Below the pieces are notes generated by a model, which was not told the DNA's origin, did no database searches, and worked only from the letters and a program-made list of their open reading frames with translations. The translations under genes were made by a program, and so were the position numbers. From contig CAWDVW010000002.1 in assembly GCA_963805855.1 (NCBI GenBank), positions 608,001 to 672,000 on the forward strand: a stretch of DNA of 64,000 nucleotides, written 5' to 3'. Below, piece after piece: positions 48,990-59,292 of the stretch (position 1 is the stretch's first letter; each line of letters begins with the position of its first letter). This DNA is from Candidatus Dadabacteria bacterium. GTDB taxonomy: Bacteria; Desulfobacterota_D; UBA1144; Nemesobacterales; CSP1-2.

Positions 48990-49529
48990 TACGCTTTTCC
49001 TATGTTATCCTTCGTAATTGATTATGTGCTAAAAAGATTAAACGGAGTTAAAACTACATAAGTTAGATGATAAGGTCAATCAATTTCTTTAAATGAAAGA
49101 AGAAATAATCTGTTATGTCCAACTTAATGGTGGCATTTTATTTTATAGAAGATAAGACCTTAAATCTTTTATACCTTTTCAAGATGCATGCAAGAGATAT
49201 CTTGTGATAAATGGGGTCCCTTCCGGCCGTAATAGATTGGTGCGAATTCAGTCCTCAATAATCGGAATCCGCCTGGATTAATAATGAATAATTTATTAAA
49301 TTCGGATCATTATCGATCAAAAACTTTAAGGGGCAACGAAGTATCGGAACATGAAACAAGCCGAAAAGCACACAAGCGGCTTGACTCACATTTCTCGAAG
49401 ATCTTCTAAACATTGTCCGAAGTCATTATACTATTGTGAGCACAATGAGCAATGCCCAACTCAACTACATATTCCTCCAGGTAAACCGCTTATCGTTAAT
49501 TCCGCTGGTACATTAAACACTTAACCGCG

Positions 49530-51110
49530 ATGATAAAGTCCATTTCCATGAAGAAAATTCTTTATCATAAAACACCCTCGACTCACACAATCAAACTCAA
49601 TCTATCTAACACGAAATTGATGGTCTTCGTAGGTTTATTCTTAATCACATTCGGTGCTGCAGCTCTAAGAGTTAAAGACATTACCGAAAATCCACCCGAA
49701 CTTTACTCGGACGAGCTTGGCAACTTTGTTTCGGCGAAGAGCATCGTAGAAGAGGGCAAAGATCTCCATGGAAGGTTATTACCATTCTTCTATGACCGGG
49801 CGGAATTAAGGCCACCGATCTATGGTTACTGCGCCTATCTTGCTTCGAAATTTTTTATTAATCCAACTTTTGCGATCCGTTTCCCTGCCATAATCTTTGG
49901 GCTCATCACAATTATAATGCTTTTTATGTTGACTCTTGAATTAACTGGCAGCCACGTTGCTGCGCTCTTCAGTGCCTTTTGCCTGGCAATAATCCCCTGG
50001 CATATTCATTATTCAAGAGTCGGCTGGGAACCGGCTTCATGGTTACCGTTTTTATTGACTGCCACAGTATTACTAATCAAAGGGATAAATAAAAACTCTA
50101 GCCCTTTAATACTTCTTGGCTTTGCATTCTTTAGCCTTACAATTTACACATATCAACCCGCTCCATTGATCGCTGCTCTCTTCCTACTCTCAATCGTCAT
50201 TCTTAATCACAGATACTTTTGCAAAAATAAGAAAATATTTTTCACGGGCGCTCTGACCTCCGGCATCATCGCATTGCCTTACCTCTGGACTGCATTACAT
50301 GAGCCCCATCTGTATGAAAGAGCTATAAGGATAAGCACCTTTTCAAAAGGGATCGACATCGACAGCATAAAGATCTTCTTAAATAATTACAAGAGTCATT
50401 TCAGTTTGAAATTCTTGTTTAAGGATGGCGATCCTAATCTCCGCCACGGAGCACAAACAGGAGTACTCTACTGGTGGATGTTGCCATTCATGATTATCGG
50501 TGCGATAGCAGTGGGAAAGTCTGTAAAAAGGCGCTGGTTTGTCGGACTCATAGTTTTTTGGATCGTCGTATTCCCCCTTGTCGGTGCCCTTACCAACGAC
50601 GGCGTTCCGCACACTACAAGAACATTGATTGGCGCCCCTATATTCTGCCTACTGACAGGGATCGGCATATGGCAATCGGTCATTTTTTTTCATTACAGAT
50701 TGAATTCGAGAATTCTGGCTGCATGCTTTGTAATCGCTATTCTCTTCATCGCTGGTATTTCTCTTCTAAGATTTTCTAAAAGGTACTATCTGGACTATCC
50801 GAAATTTTCTTCGATATGGTGGGAATTCGGTCATAAGGAAATATTTGAGAAGATCAAAAGTATAGAGAACAAATATCAGCGGGCATGCCTCGAAAATCTC
50901 AATTACTGGAACGAGTTACAGCTAAAAAAATTCTATCTTGACGAGGGAAAGCTTGATATAATAACCGATATTAACGATCCTAGATGCAGGATGAGGGATT
51001 CAATTGTAGTTGTTAGAGAAAGCGACCGTATATTTGTTAATGGAAATTTAAGATATACCGTCTACAACCCCGAAAATGCCCCGATTTATTATATCTACAC
51101 AATAGACTAA
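49530..51110 (+). CDS. ArnT/GT39-like GT-C glycosyltransferase
   Basis: PP....DE, G.D.HG..LP, RFP...FG, PWHI.YSR, FLF..GD...RH; multiple TM helices. Confidence 0.85.
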   Translation: MIKSISMKKILYHKTPSTHTIKLNLSNTKLMVFVGLFLITFGAAALRVKDITENPPELYSDELGNFVSAKSIVEEGKDLHGRLLPFFYDRAELRPPIYGYCAYLASKFFINPTFAIRFPAIIFGLITIIMLFMLTLELTGSHVAALFSAFCLAIIPWHIHYSRVGWEPASWLPFLLTATVLLIKGINKNSSPLILLGFAFFSLTIYTYQPAPLIAALFLLSIVILNHRYFCKNKKIFFTGALTSGIIALPYLWTALHEPHLYERAIRISTFSKGIDIDSIKIFLNNYKSHFSLKFLFKDGDPNLRHGAQTGVLYWWMLPFMIIGAIAVGKSVKRRWFVGLIVFWIVVFPLVGALTNDGVPHTTRTLIGAPIFCLLTGIGIWQSVIFFHYRLNSRILAACFVIAILFIAGISLLRFSKRYYLDYPKFSSIWWEFGHKEIFEKIKSIENKYQRACLENLNYWNELQLKKFYLDEGKLDIITDINDPRCRMRDSIVVVRESDRIFVNGNLRYTVYNPENAPIYYIYTID

Positions 51111-51209
51111 TTATTAGTAAGAAGATAACATTTTCCGAAATAAGTTTAATTGTAATCTAGGGCGATTTTGAAAATTGAATCTTGTTCCTGAGAATTAACA
51201 AATCATCAT

Positions 51210-51908
51210 ATGTTGATATCGTTAGTCATCCCAACATATAACGAAGCTGAGAATATACCTATTATAATTGATAAGATATTCAGCGTGCTAAGACAAAACT
51301 GCGTGGATGGGGAGGTTATAATTGTGGATGATGATTCACCCGACCGCACGTGGGAAATCGCAGAGAACCTAAAATCCAAACATAACATAAAAGTACTCCG
51401 TAGACTGGACAAGAAGGGATTATCATCCGCGGTGATAGACGGGTTCAAAATGGCCAGCGGAGAGATTATAGGGGTTATGGACGCAGACATGAGCCATCCT
51501 CCCGAAAAGATTCCGGAACTTTTAGGGCCAATCATATCAAATAAATCCGATTTCGTGATCGGAAGCAGATATATCGAGGGCGGAGGAATAGAAAATTGGC
51601 CTGTCCATAGAAGGGTATCATCAAAAATTGCTGCTGTAGCTGTTCGCGGTCTTACCGATGTTAGGGATCCAATGGCCGGGTTTTTCTTTTTTAGGCGAGG
51701 AGTCATCGAAGGATTAAGGCTCAGCCCCCACGGATTTAAAATAGGCCTTGAGATAATCGTCAAATCAAGATGCAAGAACGTAACCGAGGTGCCAATAATT
51801 TTTAGGGATAGGAGATATGGAGAAAGCAAATTGGGGTTAAGCGTTATATTAGAGGATCTCCGTCACATTGCAAGGCTCTACCTGATAAGGTATATGAAGT
51901 TAGGATAG
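51210..51908 (+). CDS. Polyprenol-monophosphomannose synthase (Dpm1/Ppm1-like GT2)
   Basis: VIPTYNE.EN, VDDDSPD.T, GLSSAV..G, VMDADMSHPPE, GSRY, GFKI.LE, F.DR..GESKL. Confidence 0.9.
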   Translation: MLISLVIPTYNEAENIPIIIDKIFSVLRQNCVDGEVIIVDDDSPDRTWEIAENLKSKHNIKVLRRLDKKGLSSAVIDGFKMASGEIIGVMDADMSHPPEKIPELLGPIISNKSDFVIGSRYIEGGGIENWPVHRRVSSKIAAVAVRGLTDVRDPMAGFFFFRRGVIEGLRLSPHGFKIGLEIIVKSRCKNVTEVPIIFRDRRYGESKLGLSVILEDLRHIARLYLIRYMKLG

Positions 51909-52057
51909 CCTTTAATTTTCTTTAAATTGGGATAAATCGCAGGATTCGACACCGATTTAAAATTGCATCATAATTAAAATGCTATGATTCTCTAAGAATC
52001 AAATTTCGTTATCATATTAGTTGATCGAGGCATTCGTCAGGCTTTAAATCTTAGATC

Positions 52058-53275
52058 GTGAGAAGACTCAAATTACTGCTCTCAGAGAATACCTTTGCAA
52101 TTGCTACGTCCATCCTTATTTTTTTAGTTGCTTTTATAGTCTACTATTTTTCAACTGAAGGTAAGCCCACTCCGTATAATAATTTCGTTCGGCTGGCAGA
52201 TGCATTCCTTCATGGAAGGCTTTACCTTACGGAAAACATCCCCTGGCTTGAGCTGGCAATCATCGATGGGAAATACTATATTGTTCCACCTCCTCTGCCC
52301 GCGATCCTAATCTTACCAATCGTGGCCATCTTCGGCCTAACAACAAATCAAACCTTGGTATCAATATTAATTGGCAGTCTTAACGCATCTCTCGTGTTTC
52401 TCGTAGTCAGGACGATGACGAAACAAAGAAGTGTGCAGCTCTGGACCACCGCGATGTTCGTTTTCGGAACGATAAACTGGTGGCTTACGGCCTCGGGCGC
52501 CGTATGGATGTTTTCTCAGGTCACATCCCTTACATTTCTTCTACTGGCGATCTATTATGTCCTTAAAGAGAAAGGACCTTTCTTGACCGGCATCTTTCTC
52601 GGAGCGTCATACTGGTGCCGACTCCCTACAATCCTTTCCTTTCCCTTCTTCATAGCGATGTATTATGACAAATGGATTCCACGATCGACGGACGGGAGCT
52701 GGACAAGAATCTTCAAAATAAGGCCGATCCTGTACCTGTGCCTTGGAGCCGGAGTATTCGTCTTTCTAAACTTTATATACAACTATCTCAGATTCGGTAC
52801 AGTAATGGATAGGGCCTATTACCTAATCCCGGGCGTCCTGGAAGAGCCTTGGTATCAAAAGGGTATATTTGATATAACCTACATTCCTCGCCATTTAAGA
52901 GAGATATTTCTTGGACTACCCAATATTAAATCAGAATTTCCGTATATATATCCCTCTATCTCAGGTCTGGCAATCTGGATAACTACGCCTGCCTTCATTT
53001 ACGCCTTTTTTGCCGAACTACGAAACAGGATCTCGATCGGGTGCTGGTTGTCTATCATCTTGATCTCCTTTGTCGAATTCACTCATGGAACCTGGGGCTT
53101 TTCGCAATTCGGCTATAGATTCGCCTTTGACTTCTATCCTTTTTTGTTGCTGCTCACGGTGAAAGGTATAGGTGATGAGATAAGATGGCATCATAAGTTG
53201 CTCATTTCTATTGGGATTTTCGTAAATCTATGGGGTATAATATGTCTCAATAAGTTAGGATTGATGGGATACTGA
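52058..53275 (+). CDS. Polytopic membrane protein, probable GT-C glycosyltransferase
   Basis: LADAFLHGRL, GKYY...PP.PA, YNY.RFG, QFGYRF..DF.P; about 10 TM helices. Confidence 0.65.
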   Translation: MRRLKLLLSENTFAIATSILIFLVAFIVYYFSTEGKPTPYNNFVRLADAFLHGRLYLTENIPWLELAIIDGKYYIVPPPLPAILILPIVAIFGLTTNQTLVSILIGSLNASLVFLVVRTMTKQRSVQLWTTAMFVFGTINWWLTASGAVWMFSQVTSLTFLLLAIYYVLKEKGPFLTGIFLGASYWCRLPTILSFPFFIAMYYDKWIPRSTDGSWTRIFKIRPILYLCLGAGVFVFLNFIYNYLRFGTVMDRAYYLIPGVLEEPWYQKGIFDITYIPRHLREIFLGLPNIKSEFPYIYPSISGLAIWITTPAFIYAFFAELRNRISIGCWLSIILISFVEFTHGTWGFSQFGYRFAFDFYPFLLLLTVKGIGDEIRWHHKLLISIGIFVNLWGIICLNKLGLMGY

Positions 53276-53334
53276 TCGAAAAACGAAAGGCATGTATCGA
53301 CAAAGACAAAAAGACTTTTACCCAGGAAGCTCGA

Positions 53335-53435
53335 TAGAATTGTGAATACTAAAGAAGCAAAATCACCGAAGTTTGCCCAAAGTGTTGGTGAAATGCCGGC
53401 AGCGGTTTTAGAAAATTGAGAATGAAAGTAACACC
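53335..53435 (-). pseudogene. Decayed fragment of a GtrA-family gene (paralog of 57016-57642)
   Basis: CACCGAAGTTTGCCCAAAGTGTTGGTGAAATGCCGGCAGCGGTTTTAGAAAATT versus CACCAAAGTTGGCCCAAAGTGTGGGTGAAATGCCGGGAAGCGGTTTTAAAAAATT at ~57083-57137. Confidence 0.8.
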
Positions 53436-53484
53436 AGGTTATTATATGTCTCCTTTAGTCGTTGGGTGAAGCCCGAGTTCCGAT

Positions 53485-53603
53485 GGGTGAATTTTGGCCT
53501 CAATTATTACCTCGCCACTTACATCATTTTCACACAGTGTCCTGAATATCCCATCGGCCAGGACCGGTTTATTCTGTACCTCGGCATAGGTCAGAATCAC
53601 TAC
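53485..53603 (-). pseudogene. Decayed N-terminal fragment of a Dpm1-like GT2
   Basis: Translates VVILTYAEVQNKPVLADGIFRTLCENDVSGEVII, aligning with LVIPTYNEAENIPIIIDKIFSVLRQNCVDGEVII of 51210-51908. Confidence 0.7.
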
Positions 53604-53841
53604 CTAACAATCCATCCTTTATGTTTCCGACGCTTCCGGATAAACGACTCATTAGCTCCGAGACCGAATGATCTCTGCCGACCCCCGCAAACTTAATTCC
53701 ATAGTATATTTTTTAATCTACCCGGCCATCTCCTGCAGGATAATCGGTATTCTTCGTCCTTAGTCATAGGAAAGCATGACTGCCTTATGAAAAAAGGGGA
53801 TTCCTTCTCTCGGCACCATGGTAAAAGAATCTTCCTAAGCA

Positions 53842-54804
53842 CTAACTTTTCTCGTCGTCTATAAAGTCCTTAACTATGAATATAGGCCTGTTTTGAATTT
53901 CTTTGTATATTCTGAAAATATATTCACCTATTATTCCAAGAAACAGTAGTTGAATTGAACCCAGAAAGTAAATACTGAGCAAAGTCGATGACCAGCCTAA
54001 CGGGGCTACTCCTGTAACCTTACTAACCACCGTGTAGATGGTTGCAATCAAAAATAGCACCACTCCTACTAAACCGGTATAAAGGCAAACCTTAATAGGG
54101 AAATCAGAAAATGAGAAAATAGCATCTAAGCCTAATTTGACTAACTTTCGGAAACCCATTTTTGCCTCGCCACCGGCTCTCTCAGGCCTGGAATAGTCGA
54201 TGTATTCTCGACTAAAACCAATAAAAGATCGCAACCCGGGCAAGTATCTGTTTTTTTCCTTAATAGATAAGAAAGCATTTAAGGCCTTTCGGTTAAACAT
54301 TGAGAAATTTCCAACATCTGCGGCTTCATCGCCTTTCGAAATAAATCTAAAAACTAAGTGAAAAACCCTTGTAAATAGATTCTTTAGAAGTTTCTCCTTC
54401 CGTTCTATTCGCCTTCCATAAACAATATCGGAGTTTGTGTTGATCAGTTTCCTGTACATTTCTGATAATAACTCTGGAGGGTCTTGCAAATCTCCATCCA
54501 TCATCGCAATGTACTCTCCCCGTGCATAACTCAAACCCGCTGTGTATGCGGCTTGGTGACCGAAATTTCTGGAAAGTTCGAGCACCTTAAACCTGTTATC
54601 TTTATTATGGCACTCAATTAATTTACTTAAACCTTTATCAGTGCTTCCGTCATCTACGCAAATAATTTCAAAGTCGTGTGTGATCCCCTCTAAGCCAACG
54701 ATACACCTTTCAAATAGTTTCTCAATCAATTCCTCCTCATTATAAATAGGGATGACGACGCTGATTTGTGTTTTGGACATAAGATTTAATTTATCCGTTC
54801 GCAC
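53842..54804 (-). CDS. GT2 polyprenol-phosphate glycosyltransferase (GtrB/ArnC-like)
   Basis: VIPIYNEE, VDDGSTD, LSRNFGHQAA..AGL, MDGDLQDPPE, two C-terminal TM helices, GIIGEYI.RIY.E...RP; start probably ATG 54780. Confidence 0.92.
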   Translation of the reverse strand: MRTDKLNLMSKTQISVVIPIYNEEELIEKLFERCIVGLEGITHDFEIICVDDGSTDKGLSKLIECHNKDNRFKVLELSRNFGHQAAYTAGLSYARGEYIAMMDGDLQDPPELLSEMYRKLINTNSDIVYGRRIERKEKLLKNLFTRVFHLVFRFISKGDEAADVGNFSMFNRKALNAFLSIKEKNRYLPGLRSFIGFSREYIDYSRPERAGGEAKMGFRKLVKLGLDAIFSFSDFPIKVCLYTGLVGVVLFLIATIYTVVSKVTGVAPLGWSSTLLSIYFLGSIQLLFLGIIGEYIFRIYKEIQNRPIFIVKDFIDDEKS

Positions 54805-55048
54805 GGATAAAGATAGTGTAAGACACCCTCATTAGACACGATACTAATTTTAAACGGAAATGAGTAAAAGGGAATGCGAATAAATAGACGATAGGGAAAT
54901 AGAAACCACATCCGGGCGAAAGGGGTCGACATGTTCTGTGCGGCTGCAGCGATCTGGATCGTGTTGTAATTTTACCGCCCGCATTTATAATAATCGTCGA
55001 TTCCTATTGCCGCTCGGGGTTTTTATTAAATCCCGGACCGACCGTCAC

Positions 55049-56917
55049 ATGCTCTCATGTTCTCTTTTCATACTTATTTCTTTCCTGTTTGGTTTTAGCG
55101 CCACCCTTTTCCTAAAGGAAGAGTTTTTGTTAGAAGAGAGGATTTTCTACGGAGCCCTAATCGGCTTCGTTGCCTGCACCTGGATTGGCTATCTTGAGTC
55201 GATATTCTTCGGCCTGGATTTAAACACACTTATATTTACCTCTGCTGTTCTACTCATATTAACTTTGATAATCCTTATCCTTAATCGCACCCTTGTCATT
55301 GAGCAGATTGCGACCCGTAGTCTTAACAACATTTCAAAATCTGAGGTGCTTCTCCATATTACCGTTGTAGGTCTCATCCTTTATCCAGTCCTTTTTTTCC
55401 TATTTAGTAGGGTGATAATATCGAAGGAGGATGGAATCTATACCGGGCTTGTGTACAATTTCGGAGACCTACCTTACCACTGGAGCATGATTAACTCTTT
55501 CCTTTACGGTGACAATTTACCACCGGAAACGCCGTTTTATAGCGGTTATCCCCTTCGTTATTATTTTATGTCTGATTTTTTCACAGCTCTTCTTATGAAA
55601 TCCGGCATGGGTCTATGGGGTGCTTTTACCTTTCAGGGTATGGTTCTGAGCGTGGTCCTCGTCGCAATATTATGTCTATTCACTTATCGCCTTACCGGGA
55701 ACAAAATTGCCGCGTCTCTTAGTCCGTTTCTTTTCTTCTTCAACGGGGGGCTAGGATTTATACAGTTTCTCAGAGAATTGTTCTCCTACAAAGAAAATCA
55801 CATGAACATATTCACCTCTCTTAAAGACTATACCAATATTGGACACCTGGGTTATCGTTGGATAAATACCACGACCTCCCTTCTCGTTACTCAAAGGCCA
55901 TTTCTATTCGGTTTTCCAATGTCGATTATGGTTCTCACATTGCTATGGCGAGGGATAAAAGAGCCAAAGAGGGGTTACTTTCTAATGGCGGGCGTTATTG
56001 CAGGTGCGCTGCCTTATTTTCATACCCCCAGCTACCTTTCCCTAGGGATAATAAGCGGAGTATTACTGCTTCTTTTTCCCTCCCTCAAATGGCTTTGGTT
56101 TTTTATTCCAGCGGGTTCGTTGGCGCTTCCTCAGGCATATTATCTCATGCCCAAGGGAGAAAGTGCCGGGCATTTTTTTACGATCCATCTGGGATGGATG
56201 GCGAACGAAGACAACGTCTTCTTGTTTTATCTGAAAAATACAGGCCTATTAATCCCGATTCTCTTAGGAACGCTTATATTCACTCGAAGCCTCTCGCTCT
56301 CTCAAAAGAAATTCGCTGTTCCCTTCATAGTCATATTCTTGGTCGCAAATCTCATTCAATTTACTCCATGGGATTGGGATAACGTGAAGATATTAATATA
56401 TTTTTACATCGGATCAATCCCTTTTGTGGCTTATGGATTAGCCCTTCTCTGGAATAATACTTACAAGATAATCCCGATTCTCCTCGGCCTTACGCTTGTT
56501 CTCTCCGGAATCACAAGTGTCGTGAGTACTAGCGTGCATTATTATTCGGAAAATAATAAAGAAGAAATAGATTTGGCCGAAACCATAAAGAAGATAACTG
56601 GGCCGCACGACGTATTTCTTACAGCACCCATTCATAACCATCTTGTCTTTCTTGCGGGCCGAATCGTCGTTCACGGCTACGCAGGACATCTATGGAGCTG
56701 GGGAATTAATTCTAGTTCAAGAATGAAAGATGTAAGAGAAATGTACAAGGGACGCGAATATGAAAGTACAAAAAAACTCCTCGATAGATACGGGGTAGAC
56801 TATGTAGTAATCGGACCCCCTGAGGAGAGGGAGCTGAATGCAAATTTAGAATTTTATCTGAAAAATTTCCCGATCCTTGTTACCTCTGAGAATTATCATA
56901 TATTTAGGGTAAAATAA
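55049..56917 (+). CDS. Large polytopic membrane protein, probable GT-C glycosyltransferase
   Basis: FGDLPYH...I.SF..G.N.PP..P.Y.G..L.Y, QR.FLFG, PW.WDN.K, C-terminal LAGR....GY.GHLWSWG..YGVDYVVIGP.E; ATG 55049 preferred over GTG 54938. Confidence 0.7.
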   Translation: MLSCSLFILISFLFGFSATLFLKEEFLLEERIFYGALIGFVACTWIGYLESIFFGLDLNTLIFTSAVLLILTLIILILNRTLVIEQIATRSLNNISKSEVLLHITVVGLILYPVLFFLFSRVIISKEDGIYTGLVYNFGDLPYHWSMINSFLYGDNLPPETPFYSGYPLRYYFMSDFFTALLMKSGMGLWGAFTFQGMVLSVVLVAILCLFTYRLTGNKIAASLSPFLFFFNGGLGFIQFLRELFSYKENHMNIFTSLKDYTNIGHLGYRWINTTTSLLVTQRPFLFGFPMSIMVLTLLWRGIKEPKRGYFLMAGVIAGALPYFHTPSYLSLGIISGVLLLLFPSLKWLWFFIPAGSLALPQAYYLMPKGESAGHFFTIHLGWMANEDNVFLFYLKNTGLLIPILLGTLIFTRSLSLSQKKFAVPFIVIFLVANLIQFTPWDWDNVKILIYFYIGSIPFVAYGLALLWNNTYKIIPILLGLTLVLSGITSVVSTSVHYYSENNKEEIDLAETIKKITGPHDVFLTAPIHNHLVFLAGRIVVHGYAGHLWSWGINSSSRMKDVREMYKGREYESTKKLLDRYGVDYVVIGPPEERELNANLEFYLKNFPILVTSENYHIFRVK

Positions 56918-57015
56918 ATCGCTCTCCCGCTTGCTCCAACCTAAAACAGCCTAAGCAGGCAATCCGTATGGCCATTTATTACAGCTAATTATCGTCCAGA
57001 CATGTGGCCGCCAAC

Positions 57016-57642
57016 CTATTTGAAAACGATAAATTTATATCCCACGAATGTCCACGAGATCGTAAAGACCAGAGACACGAACGCACCAAAGTTGGCCCAA
57101 AGTGTGGGTGAAATGCCGGGAAGCGGTTTTAAAAAATTTACGATAAAAGATGCAATTGCAACATTGATAAGAAAAGCACTGCCGCTTACCGCCAAGAATT
57201 TGATAAATTCCCTTTCCCATTGATCGGATCTATTGTTTTCAAACGTCCAAAACTTATTCCAAAGGTAACTATTTGTGACAGCCAATAGGAACGATATTCC
57301 CTTAAAAACAGAAAATAAGATTCCCCTGTCGGTGCTGGAGACATACATGAGAAAATTAAGCACGCCAAAATCTATAGCCGTATTTGAGAATCCAATGATT
57401 ATAAATTTCCCAAACTGGTAAAAGGTAGGCCATTTTCTCCCAAGATTATACGATATGATAATCCAGGAGATTATAAGAATCGGCATTATGATTATTATCA
57501 ACCACAGTGACTTTAAAAGAAAATGGGGCAATGGTATCACATATTCGAGGTTCTTGAGGACTGCAAAGCTAAAGATTGCAATAATAATCCCTAATATGAT
57601 TCCGCTTATAATATCTGTTTTTCTCAACGCGATGGTTACCAT
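57016..57642 (-). CDS. GtrA-family flippase-like protein with extra N-terminal TM helices
   Basis: QF.KF.IIG.SNT.IDFG.LN, NSY.WNK.WTF, W.F.GYKFIVF. Confidence 0.88.
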   Translation of the reverse strand: MVTIALRKTDIISGIILGIIIAIFSFAVLKNLEYVIPLPHFLLKSLWLIIIIMPILIISWIIISYNLGRKWPTFYQFGKFIIIGFSNTAIDFGVLNFLMYVSSTDRGILFSVFKGISFLLAVTNSYLWNKFWTFENNRSDQWEREFIKFLAVSGSAFLINVAIASFIVNFLKPLPGISPTLWANFGAFVSLVFTISWTFVGYKFIVFK

Positions 57643-57730
57643 GAGTTATCTTCTATAGGTTAGGAAAATATAGCCCAAGTCATTCTAATGTATCAGATGC
57701 TGCCTTATGCGTGTCAATATAAATTAAATA

Positions 57731-59038
57731 TCACCTCCACCCGCTGAGCCAGAAGTAACGACCAAGCGAGTCATCAGGTATCGGGACAGCCGCTAAGATA
57801 GGATAGAAGTAAACAAATGTACCAGCAGCTATAAAGAGGTACAACAGAACAAGGTATTTTCCGCTTTGGAATCTCTCCCAGATCAAGTCCAGGAAGTAAG
57901 CGATAACGAGCACAACAAACACGAAAGAGGGAAGAAAATGGTATAGAAACGTTACCTTCCTTGGAGACAATGCCCACGGGAGCCAGTAGGCTAATACACT
58001 CAAGACTGCAAACGCGAGTGCTGGCAGTTCCTTACGTATCACCTGAACGATACCAACAAATAAAAAGAGGCAACCAGTCCACCATATAAACGGGTTTCCC
58101 AGTGCATATATATACCTGTGCTTATCCTCGTATTCTCCGAGATATAAAAACACCGTTCTTAGAAGAATAGGCCACTCCCACCACTGAGACTGATAAGGAT
58201 GTGATTGTGTTATACTTTTGTGATACCAGAACATGCCTTCCTGTAAAGTGATAAAATCCGACAGGCCATGACCATAAAGAAAGTACGGCAGATATGTCGC
58301 AACATAAACAATGAGAGGTATGACTATAAACCCAAGAAGCAATGTTTTGAGTAATTTCAAAGTTGGCACCATATATGATTCGCCTGATTTTTTATCGCTA
58401 TGAACCTCTGTGTAGTACATCACGACGAGAGCGACAGCGGCCAAAAACTCCGTCACATATACACCACTCCACTTCACAGACATGGACAATCCGCAAAAAA
58501 ACCCAGAAACGTATATAAACTTATTACTTCGTGTCTTTGCGTACTTTATCACAAACAGTGATGCGAGGAGAATGAAATTCATCAAGAATACATCAACCAT
58601 AGTAATCCGACTCAATACAAATATGAACGAATCGAACGTGTATAAAAACGCAGCGAATACACCAGCCCTCTTGCTCTGAAAAAGCTCCTTACCTACAATG
58701 TAAATAACTATGGTCCCAAGTCCGCCAAACAGCGCCTGAAAAAACCGCCATCCGAATGTACGATCCCCGAAAATCAAGATACCCAATGCGCTGAGCTCCT
58801 TACCAAGAGGCGGGTGAGACCACTCAAAGGCAAACCCTTCCGGTGCCTTAGCACCCATCTCCCAGCTATCACTATTCCCCTTTGCCACCTCCTGTGCGGT
58901 AAATGCAAAGTAAACCTCGTCGAACATGTAACTATCTGGGTCATCAAGCCCGTAAAACTTGAGTCCGAGACTGATTACAACCAGAAAAACAGCAATTACT
59001 TCATAAATGTCTACCTTTAATAAGCGACTTAGCAACAA
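57731..59038 (-). CDS. Protein O-mannosyltransferase (PMT, GT39)
   Basis: FDEVY, HPPLGK, FGWR, SR..M.D, VKWSG, HPYQS.WW.WP...R, LGNP..WW, FLYH.LP (PMT_4TMC-like). Confidence 0.88.
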   Translation of the reverse strand: MLLSRLLKVDIYEVIAVFLVVISLGLKFYGLDDPDSYMFDEVYFAFTAQEVAKGNSDSWEMGAKAPEGFAFEWSHPPLGKELSALGILIFGDRTFGWRFFQALFGGLGTIVIYIVGKELFQSKRAGVFAAFLYTFDSFIFVLSRITMVDVFLMNFILLASLFVIKYAKTRSNKFIYVSGFFCGLSMSVKWSGVYVTEFLAAVALVVMYYTEVHSDKKSGESYMVPTLKLLKTLLLGFIVIPLIVYVATYLPYFLYGHGLSDFITLQEGMFWYHKSITQSHPYQSQWWEWPILLRTVFLYLGEYEDKHRYIYALGNPFIWWTGCLFLFVGIVQVIRKELPALAFAVLSVLAYWLPWALSPRKVTFLYHFLPSFVFVVLVIAYFLDLIWERFQSGKYLVLLYLFIAAGTFVYFYPILAAVPIPDDSLGRYFWLSGWR

Positions 59039-59044
59039 GCGAGA

Positions 59045-59278
59045 CTATCCCCCTTTTTCAACAAAAGCTTTTGTAAATGAAAACCCCGAGTGAAGATGCC
59101 ATTCATTGGCACGCGTGATAAGAAGAAGCCCAAACAGAAAGAGTGCTACACCATAATAAATTGAAAAATTAATCTCTTTGAATTCTTCTTCTTTCCTAAT
59201 AACAGCAAAACTAAACAATAGTCCAACAATCAGCACGCATATAAATGCGAAGAGTATGAGAACCATTATATAGTACAC
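59045..59278 (-). CDS. Small two-TM membrane protein (77 aa)
   Basis: Two hydrophobic helices; fills the gap between the GT2 and the PMT; in frame with the PMT. Confidence 0.6.
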   Translation of the reverse strand: MYYIMVLILFAFICVLIVGLLFSFAVIRKEEEFKEINFSIYYGVALFLFGLLLITRANEWHLHSGFSFTKAFVEKGG

Positions 59279-59292
59279 TATTTCCCAAGATT

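Noticed and set aside
53466-53696. 76-aa plus-strand ORF
   Set aside because: It is the antisense shadow of the decayed GT2 fragment on the minus strand
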